Origin: Bilabrum cf. latius
Taxonomy: Eukaryota
Assembly: GCA_965178125.1 (NCBI GenBank)
Contig: OZ237761.1
Span: 1 to 64,000, forward strand
Length of the DNA stretch: 64,000 nt
Direction: 5' to 3'
Under the pieces are notes generated by a model. The model was not told the origin of the DNA and made no database searches. It saw only the letters and a list, made by a program, of their open reading frames with translations. Of this stretch, positions 1-13,030 are shown piece by piece. The position numbers were made by a program, and so were the translations under genes. How positions within the stretch are numbered: position 1 is the first letter of the stretch; the number at the start of each line of letters is the position of its first letter.

Positions 1-2277
1 ACCCTAACCCTAACCCTAACCCTAACCCTAACCCTAACCCTAACCCTAACCCTAACCCTAACCCTAACCCTAACCCTAACCCTAACCCTAACCCTAACCC
101 TAACCCTAACCCTAACCCTAACCCTAACCCTAACCCTAACCCTAACCCTAACCCTAACCCTAACCCTAACCCTAACCCTAACCCTAACCCTAACCCTAAC
201 CCTAACCCTAACCCTAACCCTAACCCTAACCCTAACCCTAACCCTAACCCTAACCCTAACCCTAACCCTAACCCTAACCCTAACCCTAACCCTAACCCTA
301 ACCCTAACCCTAACCCTAACCCTAACCCTAACCCTAACCCTAACCCTAACCCTAACCCTAACCCTAACCCTAACCCTAACCCTAACCCTAACCCTAACCC
401 TAACCCTAACCCTAACCCTAACCCTAACCCTAACCCTAACCCTAACCCTAACCCTAACCCTAACCCTAACCCTAACCCTAACCCTAACCCTAACCCTAAC
501 CCTAACCCTAACCCTAACCCTAACCCTAACCCTAACCCTAACCCTAACCCTAACCCTAACCCTAACCCTAACCCTAACCCTAACCCTAACCCTAACCCTA
601 ACCCTAACCCTAACCCTAACCCTAACCCTAACCCTAACCCTAACCCTAACCCTAACCCTAACCCTAACCCTAACCCTAACCCTAACCCTAACCCTAACCC
701 TAACCCTAACCCTAACCCTAACCCTAACCCTAACCCTAACCCTAACCCTAACCCTAACCCTAACCCTAACCCTAACCCTAACCCTAACCCTAACCCTAAC
801 CCTAACCCTAACCCTAACCCTAACCCTAACCCTAACCCTAACCCTAACCCTAACCCTAACCCTAACCCTAACCCTAACCCTAACCCTAACCCTAACCCTA
901 ACCCTAACCCTAACCCTAACCCTAACCCTAACCCTAACCCTAACCCTAACCCTAACCCTAACCCTAACCCTAACCCTAACCCTAACCCTAACCCTAACCC
1001 TAACCCTAACCCTAACCCTAACCCTAACCCTAACCCTAACCCTAACCCTAACCCTAACCCTAACCCTAACCCTAACCCTAACCCTAACCCTAACCCTAAC
1101 CCTAACCCTAACCCTAACCCTAACCCTAACCCTAACCCTAACCCTAACCCTAACCCTAACCCTAACCCTAACCCTAACCCTAACCCTAACCCTAACCCTA
1201 ACCCTAACCCTAACCCTAACCCTAACCCTAACCCTAACCCTAACCCTAACCCTAACCCTAACCCTAACCCTAACCCTAACCCTAACCCTAACCCTAACCC
1301 TAACCCTAACCCTAACCCTAACCCTAACCCTAACCCTAACCCTAACCCTAACCCTAACCCTAACCCTAACCCTAACCCTAACCCTAACCCTAACCCTAAC
1401 CCTAACCCTAACCCTAACCCTAACCCTAACCCTAACCCTAACCCTAACCCTAACCCTAACCCTAACCCTAACCCTAACCCTAACCCTAACCCTAACCCTA
1501 ACCCTAACCCTAACCCTAACCCTAACCCTAACCCTAACCCTAACCCTAACCCTAACCCTAACCCTAACCCTAACCCTAACCCTAACCCTAACCCTAACCC
1601 TAACCCTAACCCTAACCCTAACCCTAACCCTAACCCTAACCCTAACCCTAACCCTAACCCTAACCCTAACCCTAACCCTAACCCTAACCCTAACCCTAAC
1701 CCTAACCCTAACCCTAACCCTAACCCTAACCCTAACCCTAACCCTAACCCTAACCCTAACCCTAACCCTAACCCTAACCCTAACCCTAACCCTAACCCTA
1801 ACCCTAACCCTAACCCTAACCCTAACCCTAACCCTAACCCTAACCCTAACCCTAACCCTAACCCTAACCCTAACCCTAACCCTAACCCTAACCCTAACCC
1901 TAACCCTAACCCTAACCCTAACCCTAACCCTAACCCTAACCCTAACCCTAACCCTAACCCTAACCCTAACCCTAACCCTAACCCTAACCCTAACCCTAAC
2001 CCTAACCCTAACCCTAACCCTAACCCTAACCCTAACCCTAACCCTAACCCTAACCCTAACCCTAACCCTAACCCTAACCCTAACCCTAACCCTAACCCTA
2101 ACCCTAACCCTAACCCTAACCCTAACCCTAACCCTAACCCTAACCCTAACCCTAACCCTAACCCTAACCCTAACCCTAACCCTAACCCTAACCCTAACCC
2201 TAACCCTAACCCTAACCCTAACCCTAACCCTAACCCTAACCCTAACCCTAACCCTAACCCTAACCCTAACCCTAACC
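1..2277. repeat. Telomeric repeat array (CCCTAA)n / (TTAGGG)n, about 379 copies; chromosome left end
   Basis: Uninterrupted ACCCTA hexamers from base 1 to ~2277. A single variant unit CCGTAA (2276-2281) marks the junction. The C-rich strand at the 5' end is the expected telomere polarity. Confidence 0.99.
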
Positions 2278-2279
2278 GT

Positions 2280-2493
2280 AAGCAGGTTGGGTGTGTGGGT
2301 GGTGGGTGGGGGCCATGGTACATGTGCTGGGGCAAGCAGGTTGGGTGTGTGTGCGGTGGGTGGGGGCCATGGTGGCTATGCCGGGGCAAGCAGGTTGGGT
2401 GTGCGGGCGGTGGATGGGGTCACGGTACACGTGTTGGGGCAAGCAGGTTGGGTGTGTGTGCGGTGGATGGGACCATGGTGCATGTATGTGTGA
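2280..2493 (+). repeat. Subtelomeric (telomere-associated) minisatellite, 4 imperfect copies of a 53-54 bp G/T-rich unit
   Basis: The anchor AAGCAGGTTGGGTGTG recurs at 2280, 2334, 2388 and 2441. Each copy is followed by GGTGG(G/A)TGGG and then CA(T/C)GGT. Confidence 0.93.
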
Positions 2494-2802
2494 GCAGCAA
2501 ATAACAACCTAAGGACAGGGATCCCAGTGATACGATCCGGTGGTGATTTTCACTTTTTGACCCCCGGACAGGTTTCTGCACCCGGACATGTGTTGAACTT
2601 TAAAGAAGAAGATTAAAACCCCCGGACATGGGAGAGGGTTGTAGACTCAGTATATCCAGAGCGTCAAGAGCTGCCATCTGCTTTAAATGCTTAGAAGTTC
2701 AATCAGAAACAGCCAGCCTCATAGTTTCGGTATCGGTACTTCTGGCTCGAACTCATCACCAACGTTGCCTCTTCCACTTTGCTTGTTGCTGCACCCGCAG
2801 CA

Positions 2803-5800
2803 ATGGCTAGCCCAAGTGTACAGCAGATTTGCCAGTGCAAGTATATAGTATTCATGGTTGCAATACTTAGTATGTGCGGCTCTCGAGGCGCAGTTCACCG
2901 AGTGGAGAAGTCAGCCTCAAGCGATTCTCGTATGACACGGGGTATGCCGAGCCAAAGGAGTCATTCAGCAAACAGAGCCGTAGTTGTACCAGATAAAAAC
3001 AAGGTGTGTGACGCGCTTCGGATCGCGCATCCTGATGACAGATATACGCTTCAGAGCCGCGCGAAGCAAGTTGGATTCGATGAAGTGCTGAACGTGTACT
3101 TGGGCCACTTTGACTTGAATAGTGGCCGGTCTTTCATTGATAAGAGTACTCTACTACAACAATGTTGCGAGCTGGCCGGGCGTCGAGGACTTGCCTCGCT
3201 CTCTGGTGCGAGGGCAGCATCGCAAGACGCGCAGAACTTCTTGCGCACGGCTGGGCTGATGACGTCTGAAATAGAGACCAAGTTGCTCCTCACCAATTCA
3301 AGAGGCAACATGACTCTGCAACGTCTCTTGGATCCGTTCCTCGCCGACCCTGGAGTCGCGCTGGAGGCCTGGAACAAGCAACCCAAAGAGGTGCTCGGCA
3401 AGCTTCGGATACTGCTGGGAGGCAGCGTCGAAGAGTTCGTGGTGGATCCAACTACTGGCTCCTACTACATTCAGGGCATGCAAGCCGGCGGGGGCTTCGT
3501 CAGGACTCGGCACACTTGCGGCGGGGTGCAGTGCTGCGAGCACAGCCTGGGCGTTGTCCTCTCACCCATGGATTCCCTGCACCTCTCCAGCCTGAGGGGA
3601 AGGTCGATCCGCAGGGCAATGCAAAGATCCATCCATGCATTGGCTGCAGCATCAAGTGGCAGTGTTTATGACACCGCCAGCCCGCAGGCCTCGATTTGGT
3701 ACGCGAGATTGCCCTCATCAGCCGAACCGGTAGCACGGGCGAGAAGCATCGCCGGCAAGCAGCTCGCTGCTCCAGTGGCGATTCAACCACTAGTTGCCGT
3801 ACGGGCCAGGCAATCAGCCTTTTCTGCGTCGCGTATTGCGCCTTACTTCGACCCCGGCAGGACTGTGTGCTTCGTGGGCTCTCTCGGGACGTACGATGGC
3901 ATTAGGAGCGGCTGGATCCAGGAGATGTCGAGGATTCGAGCCAGTGGGGGCAGGCTGAGGTACGTCAGCTATTCATCGGGGGGCGTGCATGAGCAGTTTC
4001 TTGCGGAGCTCAATGCTGTGGGTGCTGGCCAGCCCGAGCGGTGGTTGCCGGCCTCGCTGTCCTCTGGCTCGATGGAGTCGGGCCTGGGAGGCATCCGGCT
4101 GGCGCAGGCCAAGCTGCTTGCCTTGCAGGTCATCATGCGCATGCGGGGCGTGCCTAATGCTGTCTTGGGCAACCATGGGGGCATCAATTGGGATGTTGCT
4201 CGAGAAGCTCCAAAGTACCGGTCGAGCCATACACCTCTGGCGCGCGCGTGGGTGGCGATGGATGCCGCGCTGGCTGCAAGAGACACGCTGTGCAAGTCCT
4301 TTGTCAGCAAACAGTGGTCCCAACGAGCACATGACTTGTGGCTGAAGAAGCTCCCCGGGTACTTGAAGGTATATGATGGGTACTCCAACCCCACCGCCTG
4401 GATGCAGCTGGCCGACCTGAACTTGACGATGGAAGAGACAACGAAACTTGGGCTTGCGTGCGGGGCGAGCGAGTCTGTGCAAGGCATGTCGGTGAGCGAA
4501 TTGCAGCGCAGCAACCATCCTCTCAAGGATGCAAAACGGGTGCTTGAGTCCATAGAAGAGTCCTTTGTTGTCTTTGGGATCCCAGACGGCGCCGAGGTTG
4601 TGCGCTGGCTGGCCCGCTTCAGCGAGCTAAAAGTGGGTGGGATCATGGGGTGTGACATGATGACGATTGCTCTGGAGAGCGACATCACAGACGCACTGTT
4701 GCATGAGACCGCGCGTGTAGCAGGGACACGGGCGACCGTGCTTGAGAACTGTGGTGTGAACCGCAAGCACGACGCTCGACGGACTGCCGGATACAGCGTT
4801 GTCACGGGTCACTCCAGCCACGCAAGGGACGTCATGGCTGTGGATCTCATGGGGCACGGTTGGGCCGCCTGCAGGGAGAACTTCAACCTGGACTCGATGG
4901 ACGCCATGGACTGGACCTCTGCCCAGGTGAGGGGCGGTGGTGCTGCGGTGGTCCCGCATGGCTAGAAGCAGCCGCCACTCGACGCGGAACTCAGCGGAGT
5001 CATCCACGACCTGTTTGATTCCACCGATGTCAGGCACTCCGAGCGGACCCTCGTGGTGAAGGCCGAGGCGCCCCCCTGCTCCAGCCCTGCCAGCTCGCCC
5101 GCGTGCTCCGAGGAGCGATGCAGGAGCCTGCCCATGCCCACAGTCACGATGCACCTTGGAGCTGACCCGGATCGGTTCTAGCGCCACACTGCGCCTGCTG
5201 TTCGAACCAAGGGCACAGCCCCGCCCACGATAGGCTACCTTGGCAGGCTCGGTCCCGAGAAGGGCCTGGTGCTGGCAATGCGAGCGTGGGCCATTGCCAG
5301 CGGGGCACGGCCTTTCGACGGCACCGACGTTCGGTCCCTTGCCGACGCCACCGCGGCTGCCTGGTGCGGCAAGCCCGCCAGGAGGTCCCAATCCGGTGCT
5401 ACATTGCAGTCCAGCGTCCTTGTCCGGGTACAAACTTCCTCTAGCAGCCCCGTCGCGCACGGAATGGTGTCCTGCGCGAACATGCACGACCGGATGGGCC
5501 AGCAGAAGTGGCACGAGAGCAGGGCCATCGCAGTGGCATCGACTCTTTAGCTGTATCTAGACATCACCTCAGCACCAGGTGGTGAATCCGCCGCTGCACA
5601 GGAAGAAGTGAGCGGCATGGGCGTCATTGAAACTCGTCACCCGAATGGTGCTCGGTGTCGCCGCTCGGCACACGTTGCTCGCGCCCTGCAGTGGGCCTTC
5701 CCTGCCCTAAACGCCTGGACAGATTCTTCGGACTAGTGTGGCCTGGTGGTGGAGTTACCAGCCGCAGTGCCGCACGGCAGATTCAAGATTATCGGAAGCG

Positions 5801-6408
5801 GACTCATATTCGATGACCTGCAGCAACTCGCCAGGAGCCTGAATTGCTCTGATACAGTGCAGATGCTAGGCTCCGTGTTTGGTGACCAGCTAACCTCTGA
5901 GCTCTTCGAGATGAGCGCGATGATATTCCCGTCCCTGCGGGAGGAGTCCGAGACATTTGGAGTGAGTAACCTTGAGTCGCTGCTGACCGGCGTGCCATTC
6001 ATATCCATGGGGCTTGGTGGGTCCGTGGACTACACAATGCATGGGTATAACTCGCTCATCGTGCCCCAGGGGGATGCGCTGCCGATGGCCTTGCAGATGA
6101 TGGCTTTCATGAGGGGGCGCGCGGGCAGCCGGGAGGATCTCCGTGCCATGGCGAGGAGGCACGGGCACTCGAGCCAGGCCGTGGGGGAGAGGTTCGCTCG
6201 CCTTGGCGCCTGCTTGACGAGGTGTCCAAGGTTGAGTGAGGGGCTGGAAGACATGAATAGCGTGAGCGTTCGGATGGAGAGGCTCGCCCGGGATTTAGGC
6301 GAGTGGAGCTACGCTGCGGCTATGCGAGCCGGATCTGTCTCGGTGGCTTCTTTGCTGTGCGCGCAGGAGTGCGTGGCCAGCCATGGGTACCGACACGCAA
6401 AGGGCTAA
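2803..6408 (+). CDS. Glycosyltransferase family 4 (GT-B fold) protein with long N-terminal region, ~1201 aa with TAG=Gln
   Basis: One frame from ATG 2803 to TAA 6406-6408, with in-frame TAG at 4963, 5179, 5548 and 5734. GT4 motifs IGYLGRLGPEKG (~5230-5265), FKIIGSG and E-X7-E 'ETFGVSNLESLLTGVPFI' lie in the same frame but are separated by TAGs. N-terminal hydrophobic stretch YIVFMVAILSMCG suggests a signal anchor. Confidence 0.85.
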
Positions 6409-7276
6409 TGCTTCGTGTGTTCTTTAAATCGAAACAATACAGCGTTCGCACACGTTTCTTGGTTTCTTGCTCAAGTTGCGACCCTACAAATATTGAAGAT
6501 GAGGCGTCCACATTGCCGTCGCGGTTGAATCAGTACGAGAGCCGTGACCAGCTCACTTGTTTGAAATTGAATTTGCACTACAGTCTCAACAGGCTGTCCC
6601 AACTGCTGCAAGAGGTAAGGCCTGCTTCTTTCTGTATTCCGCTTTTCATGCTGCATTCCGCCATTGCTACCCTCTTCAATTCCTCTAACATTGGCATGTA
6701 GAGACGGGTGATCCGATCTATGATCCGGGTCACTCATCACCCCACACGCCCCATCTCAGCCTTCCCGGTCTATGCCTTTGCCTTTCAATCCAAAGAGTCG
6801 ACCAGATGACCCAACCAATCATCTTCTCCACTAAGCCTCCACCCACCTGGTGTACCATAGCCCCTCCCCACCCTGGCCGCCGCTCCTACTCGTACCTCGA
6901 CCGCTCACCCCTCCGATTTGCTGTGTAGCATCTGATCTGGCACCTCGAGCTGGTACTACACTCAACGAGCGACGTCAATTTCAGAGACCTAATTGGCCTC
7001 ACCAACGACGTGAAGGAGACTCATTTCACGAGCAGGTGCCATATGGCCTGAGGTTGCCCGCACAATCGATGCGGGCACCTTGGAATAAACCGACAAGGTT
7101 GCGCATAGTACCACTGCGGCTTTGGTCACATTCTAGGTCCTCATTCTCAGGTCTTCGTGACGTTGCGTTCGGCTAAACGGCGCCGCGCAAAACGGCGGTT
7201 CCGCAAAATAGTTTCGCCGGCTCACCAAACCGGTGCGAGGCGCCGCTAACGACTGCCTCTGCACGACGAAAAGCGA

Positions 7277-10245
7277 ATGAAGCAAAGCGGACGGAAACGA
7301 GCACCGTATACTTCCAATGCATGCTACGCTTGCCGAGCTGGCAAGGTAAGGCGGGCTACACGGAGGTACACTTTCCGCACCAACGCACTGTCTTTTCTAT
7401 CCATCTGACCGGTGAATTTGAACCGTTGAACTGCTTGCGGTCATTTTTCATCAACTATTCGTACATTCAAAGGTTACTGAGTCGGAAATTTGCGCCTTTA
7501 GGTCAGCTTGATGCCTTTGTGCATGTATTTTCCCGTGCGGCGCAGCGGAGATGTAGCGGCGCTCGTCCATGCGAAAGGTGTGCCAGGCTTGGGCGAGAAT
7601 GCGCATCAGGTGCTCCACTTGGTACGAAGCGTCCCCGAAAGACTGTGCGACAGCCCAATGCCGAACCAGAGGGATATGGACGGTCTCAACTGGCGGGCAC
7701 ATCTACTTCCAGTCGTCCTAGCGGTGGTTCTGATCGCTATTCGCGTGCAGACTCGGCCCAGTACAGCAATTCAAACAGTTTGCGTTCGCTTAATCATATG
7801 TCTGCGGAGAGTGACGGTACTCGGGCCGCCATTCTGAAGCGTCGCCGGATTGAAGCGGACTCGTCTGTACTTCTCGGGTTTGCCTCCGGCGTATAGCAAG
7901 CCTAGAGGCAAAGCATTGTTTCACCTGCTAGCATTGCAGGAGTTGATGCCCAGCGTGGGTCCGGCTCTGGCGGTAGTCATGTCGCTTTGCACTAGCAGCC
8001 GACCTCTGGCATCCAGCTCCAAGTCTCGCCAGCAACACACGCCCAATTTGCACGGATGCCCAATACCGGGCCCGTGTAGCCCGGTTTAAATATGGGAGGT
8101 ATGATGTTGTAGCATTAGGGTGGAATCTAGTCCACAGGTCAGGGTATCGCCGTTCTTTCTCCCGCAACAGCATCCCAACCCGCATTTGGGCCGCAGCGGC
8201 TCGCGCCATCTGTGGGCTATGCGGTCCCCCCCACTCAGCCAGCCCCCATGTACGTGTACATGCATTAGAACGGCCAGCTGCGAGCACCATCTGCCCCTCA
8301 GGTTGTCTATCAGGTGCCACAGCACCAACACCCCGGTGCCGGTGCCCAGCCACTGCAACCCATGCGTATATCAGAGGTATCGCAAGGCGCGCACTTGCTG
8401 GCTCACGGAGCAGGCGGCAGCAGGGCGGGGCCAGCTGCTGTTGGCATCAGACTCGATGCACTAGGGGGAGAGGGGGCTGCCCAGCCAGCGGATGTGCGCG
8501 CAGCTTTGTCCTATGGTACGCAGCCAGTTGCTTTTTCTTCGCCTGCAGGACAGGTGCAGCTTGGCGCCGCCTCAGGGGCGGGCTAGGGCCGTGTCGATGC
8601 CGGTGGATTTGTGCGAGAGAGGGCCCCGTTGGAGTAGAGGGTCACGGCTGGGGGACAGCGGCTCGCGGGGCCTGATGTTCCAGCGGTGGTGCCCTCCGCT
8701 ATCGCCAGCTCTGGCGCGTCACCCGTGGCCCGTGGGCCCAGCAGTCCGGCCCGGCTCGCAGCAGGCCGGGTCAGAGAGCAAGTGAGAGACTTCTGGCGGC
8801 GGGAGGGGGAGCGGCTCGGTCGGGAGCAGGGGTCTGGGCGGGGAGCGGGCAAAGAGAGCATCATCCGGGTGTTGCCTGGCGAGTGCAAGCGGCTGGCTGC
8901 CGCGGTGGGCAAGGTGCTCGAGTCGGACCAGGCGCTGGGGGCAAGGGGGGCAGCGGGGGCGGACGTGCTGCTGGAGGAGGACTAGTGGCTGGCTGGTCTG
9001 GACCTTGGCCAGGGTAAGGCAGCCTCGCAGCCATCTACTTCGGAGACCACTCTGGCTGGTGATCGCGCCGGAAGCACTATGTCGGCTGCATCACTTGGGG
9101 AGGGGGCCAGCGAGGGGGGGGCTGCGGCGGGGGAGCGGCATGGGGCAGATGGGGCAGCCAGTCGTCTGGCAGGGGATAGTGGAGATACCGAGGACGGCGA
9201 ATCGCCGATCGCTCGTCCGTCAAGAATGCGCGGGGGTGCGCCCGTAACCGGTGGCAGCCAGCGAGCCACCATGGTCATCTTGGAGAACGTGGCTCTCAAG
9301 CACCTACCCGTGCCCGCTGCCCGCATGGAGTTCACGTACGAGCCCAACAGGCCCTCGAGCCTGTACATTAACGACGCGGGGGCCGCAGTGCTGGGCTTTG
9401 GGTGCGAGGAGCTGTCCGGGTGCATCCGGCAGGGCTTCTTGCCGGTGGCCTACGATCCGTAGAGCTGGCTGGAGAGGGGCCGTGCGGTGCTGCCTGCGGT
9501 GCGGGACCGCCGCAGCTGGTTGGTCCACAGGTCCAAGATGCGGCGTGTGGTGAGAGGGGACGTGCAGCGGCCGTGGGAGGGCCTGCTGCTGCAGTACTTT
9601 GAGATGACAGAGACTCTGTACTTCGAATGGTTCGACAGTGATCAGTAGGAGGGGTAGTGTACAGGCTAGAAAACGGGCGGCAGTGGGCAAGCAGCCGGGG
9701 CCGAGCCTCGGAGCGGAGGTGGCTGCAACCGGTTCCGCGCTGCGATCAGTTACTTCAGTGATATCGTGGATCTGGACGAGACGCTGTGGATCTAGCCAAC
9801 GAAAGAGGCTTGGACTGGACGCGGGGGTGCAGGTCAAGCTATGGCCCCTTTCTCTTCGTCCTCATCGTCAGCAGCTTCGGGTGGCCGGCATCAGTACCAG
9901 TTCCCCTCTGGTGAGGCATGCGGCATGTACTACGTACGGCTGAACGAGGCGCATGGCCTTGGGCCCAAGCTGGAGGGGGTGCAGCGCACGGCAGGCGGGG
10001 AGCAAGTGGCTGTGGGGGCAGCCGGAGGTGAGGCGGCAACTGATGGGCCGTCCTCAAGCTCATCTGCTGGTGAGGCCACGCAGCTGACGCCTTCCGGAGG
10101 CATCGTCACGGTGGGCGCGAGCCCGCTGTTCCACCTCGTGTCACCCTACCACATGCTGGAAGCAATGGGAAGTGAAGCGCTTTCCTTGCCGGGCAGGTCT
10201 ATGGCGACTGGATCAACTATTACGAGTGGGGGCAAATAGCACTGA
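7277..10245 (+). CDS. Zn(II)2Cys6 (GAL4-type zinc cluster) transcription factor with PAS-like region, ~922 aa; exons 7277-7345 and 7546-10245
   Basis: Splicing GTAAGG(7346)...CGCAG(7545) assembles CYACRAGK|RRCSGARPCERCARLGREC, the C-x2-C-x6-C-x5-C-x2-C-x6-C pattern. Exon 2 stays open through 17 TAGs to TGA 10243-10245. PAS-like core LYINDAGAAVLGFGCEELSG at ~9360-9420. Confidence 0.85.
7346..7545 (+). other. Spliceosomal intron (200 nt, phase 0)
   Basis: GTAAGG donor, pyrimidine-rich tract and CAG acceptor. Removal restores correct zinc-cluster cysteine spacing. Confidence 0.88.
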
Positions 10246-10578
10246 CATGGCTAACATTGGCCTAAACAGTGGACTCCACTCCAGGTGTACATCATTCCTT
10301 CAGCCATGTGTCTTGATATGACTAACTTCAACACGATTCCATGATATGTTCCCACCGCTTTGATTGATGACGACTCTGAACACCATATCAAGCTATACAG
10401 TCTACTACATCGTGCATGCCATGCTTGCCGCTTCTGATGCATGCACGCATGCTTCTCGACCTACCCCACTCATCACACCAGAGCTGCAATAGATCGATCC
10501 CTGAAAATTAAATACGAATCAGTCTGAACCAAACAATACTTGTTATAGCACGCGTTTTATTGCAAGTTAATTGTCGGA

Positions 10579-11409
10579 ATGCGCACCATTTCTTTTGATG
10601 GAGCCTGTAACGGAGCTATTGCGGCTGGCGTAGTGGCTGGTGCGTGGCTGTACCTCGGATTGAACGGAAGGCAGTTTTTACTTCAAAGTGGGGTCTCTCC
10701 GCAGTCTGCGAGTGGAATGAAAGCAGTTTCAAATCTACTTGATGCCACTTCCAACGAGGCGGAACCGGAAGCCAGCAACGCAAAGGAGGCCCAAGCTTCG
10801 GAGGTGTCAGCACCATCACTGGCAAGTGCAGCGCTGGCCGTGCTCACTACTTTGTCGACTGGAGCTTACCGCATGACACCATCGCTATTTGATGCGATAG
10901 TTCCTGCATCGTCACTGCGTGTCCAAGCCATGCTTCGGTCTGGCTCGCAAGGCGTGAAAGTGTCCAGCGATGTGTGCGAAGCTGGCATTGCATACCTCGA
11001 GAATGTTGCTGACGTTGCCCTTGAATCGAGCAGGAGTTCTTATCAAAGGATGTCAATTGATCTTGGGATGATCCAGAAAGGAAGGCTTCACCCTTCGCAC
11101 CTGCGGGCCAACGCGATGGACCACTTCTGTCAGGGACTGGAGGAGGACGTGACAGATCCTTCCTACGAGATAAGGGATTGGCTTCAATCTGAGGCCTGCA
11201 AAGGTGTGTGCCACCCAGAAGTATGTGCACGACTTGCTAGGATTGGAGCGCTGCGACCAGTGATGCGAATTCCTTCAGACCAAGTGGCATGCATGCTCGC
11301 AAAGTTCAGGCAGTCACTGCTTGCTACTGCTATCCCGCACTTCCACAAAACAGTCAAGGCTCCGGCAGCATCCGAGCCGGAGCGTTCACGGATCGTACAA
11401 AACTGGTGA
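10579..11409 (+). CDS. Hypothetical protein, 276 aa, N-terminal hydrophobic segment
   Basis: ATG-to-TGA ORF filling the space between AT-richer flanks. GAIAAGVVAGAWLYLGL is a candidate TM helix. No family recognised and no internal TAG. Confidence 0.6.
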   Translation: MRTISFDGACNGAIAAGVVAGAWLYLGLNGRQFLLQSGVSPQSASGMKAVSNLLDATSNEAEPEASNAKEAQASEVSAPSLASAALAVLTTLSTGAYRMTPSLFDAIVPASSLRVQAMLRSGSQGVKVSSDVCEAGIAYLENVADVALESSRSSYQRMSIDLGMIQKGRLHPSHLRANAMDHFCQGLEEDVTDPSYEIRDWLQSEACKGVCHPEVCARLARIGALRPVMRIPSDQVACMLAKFRQSLLATAIPHFHKTVKAPAASEPERSRIVQNW

Positions 11410-11599
11410 GAAAGTGCGTTCAATGTGCCTTCTTTAGTAGGAGTGGACTTGTACGAGTCATATTGACCTTCTTTACCCCTGGTTATGCAGGTACATGGAT
11501 CTTGCATCCGAATGCAGGGGCAGGGTACTTGAGCAGTACGGGTACCCGCGACAAGCAATCTCTATGTTTGATATGATACGAGGAATCGAAGAGCCAGAA

Positions 11600-13030
11600 G
11601 AAAAACGTTCGAAGCAAGATGCATACGACAGCATTGACTAGCTCGTTTTGAGCAAGTTGAATGCCCCACTTTTCAGAATCAGGTTTGCTGATTTTGCCAA
11701 GTGAGAGGCAAGTTAACATGTAGTGTACAGATTGACATTCATATTTTGTATATTTAGTGGTTAACAAGATCAAGATTCTCCAATTTATCCACATTTAGCA
11801 TTGTCATTAATAACTCTATCGCTATCTATGCTTATCACAAAAACTGTCAATTTGAGTTGATAATGTTGTGGTTGATATCATCGCAAATCAGGCGAGATAC
11901 TTTGGCAGTATATCTATTACAAAGAACAAGAATATATGTTTATTTATTTGTGGCCGTCTCACTTCGTTCACTTTCGTTCAATAGTCACGGTGTTTGAAAT
12001 CATTTGTAGTGATGATGTTTACATGTGTACCTTTTTTTCTAAGAGTATAGGTCTCCATGATTTTTCACATTGACTCACGAATTGATCGTGATATGTCACA
12101 AAGTCGTGTGTATTGAGCCGCCAAATTGCGATTTGTAAGTGCACATGCGATATTCAATTATAGTTTATGTAGGATTCGATGCCGAGACCTAAAGCCATTT
12201 TGCATCCTCAATCGCAGCATCAATTAATATCAATTTTCAAATTGCCTTGCACGCCTCGCGCACCAAAATTCAAGAAACATGCGATTCACTTCAAATGGCA
12301 TTAGTGTCTTCGGTGGTAAGGTGTATCCTACAGTTGTTTAAATTCAATCAAGTTGCCCATTTATGCTTGGGGATAAATTTAAAGTGCCCCGAATTCTAAT
12401 CCCGTATTGCTAGCCTAGTTTCCACGATCATAAAGTAGTTTGAGGAGACAACTTAGAAGTTGCAATTAGGTTTCCTAGCTTTAGGTCTACTATTGAAGCT
12501 GATTGTAATTATCGCATCTACTGCTTAAACTCATGCGAGCTAGATAATAAAAAATGGTAGCAAGTAAATCTAAGTCTTACTTTAAGACACATTCAAGGAA
12601 ATCCAACCGCCCAATCGCCCCATCTCGAAATACTAGGACTTTAATATGGAAGGATTCTTTTTTAGCATCGGGACTGAAAGGCAAGCATACCTTGACATTT
12701 ATCATTCTGGCGAAAGTCTTGTATATACTTGCAACATCTTGACTAGGATATTTTGTGGCTAGATTATCAAGACCACATCAATACATGAATTAATTATTTG
12801 TGACTTGGTGAATGCAATAAGTGCCGCTTTGCCGATTTATTATTCTGTCGGAAGCACTGTAGTTACAGTCGCTGAAATAATCCAATGGTTTGCAGATTTC
12901 ATGAGATCGCCTGCAGTCGTTTGTCCTAAAATATGCTTTGGATGCTTCTGTCTCTGCGCCGATCCTATTGATTCTACCGGAACACACAAGATGTTTCCAA
13001 TATGAATATCCATGTTGCTTACTTTGTATG
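11600..13030. other. AT-rich, apparently non-coding island
   Basis: Spot counts of 60-nt lines give 27-33% GC (lines 11701, 11761, 12541), far below the GC-rich coding DNA. No convincing ORF in the track or by eye. Confidence 0.75.

Noticed and set aside
2280-2493. CRISPR-like repeat-spacer pattern
   Set aside because: The 'spacers' are homologous to each other, so this is a tandem minisatellite in a eukaryotic subtelomere with no cas genes.
2287-2512. Three short ORFs over the subtelomeric repeat
   Set aside because: Artefacts of a G/T-rich tandem repeat lacking stops; non-ATG starts.
11860-11895. Minus-strand LICDD resembling a reverse-transcriptase YxDD motif in the AT island
   Set aside because: No long surrounding frame or other RT motifs.
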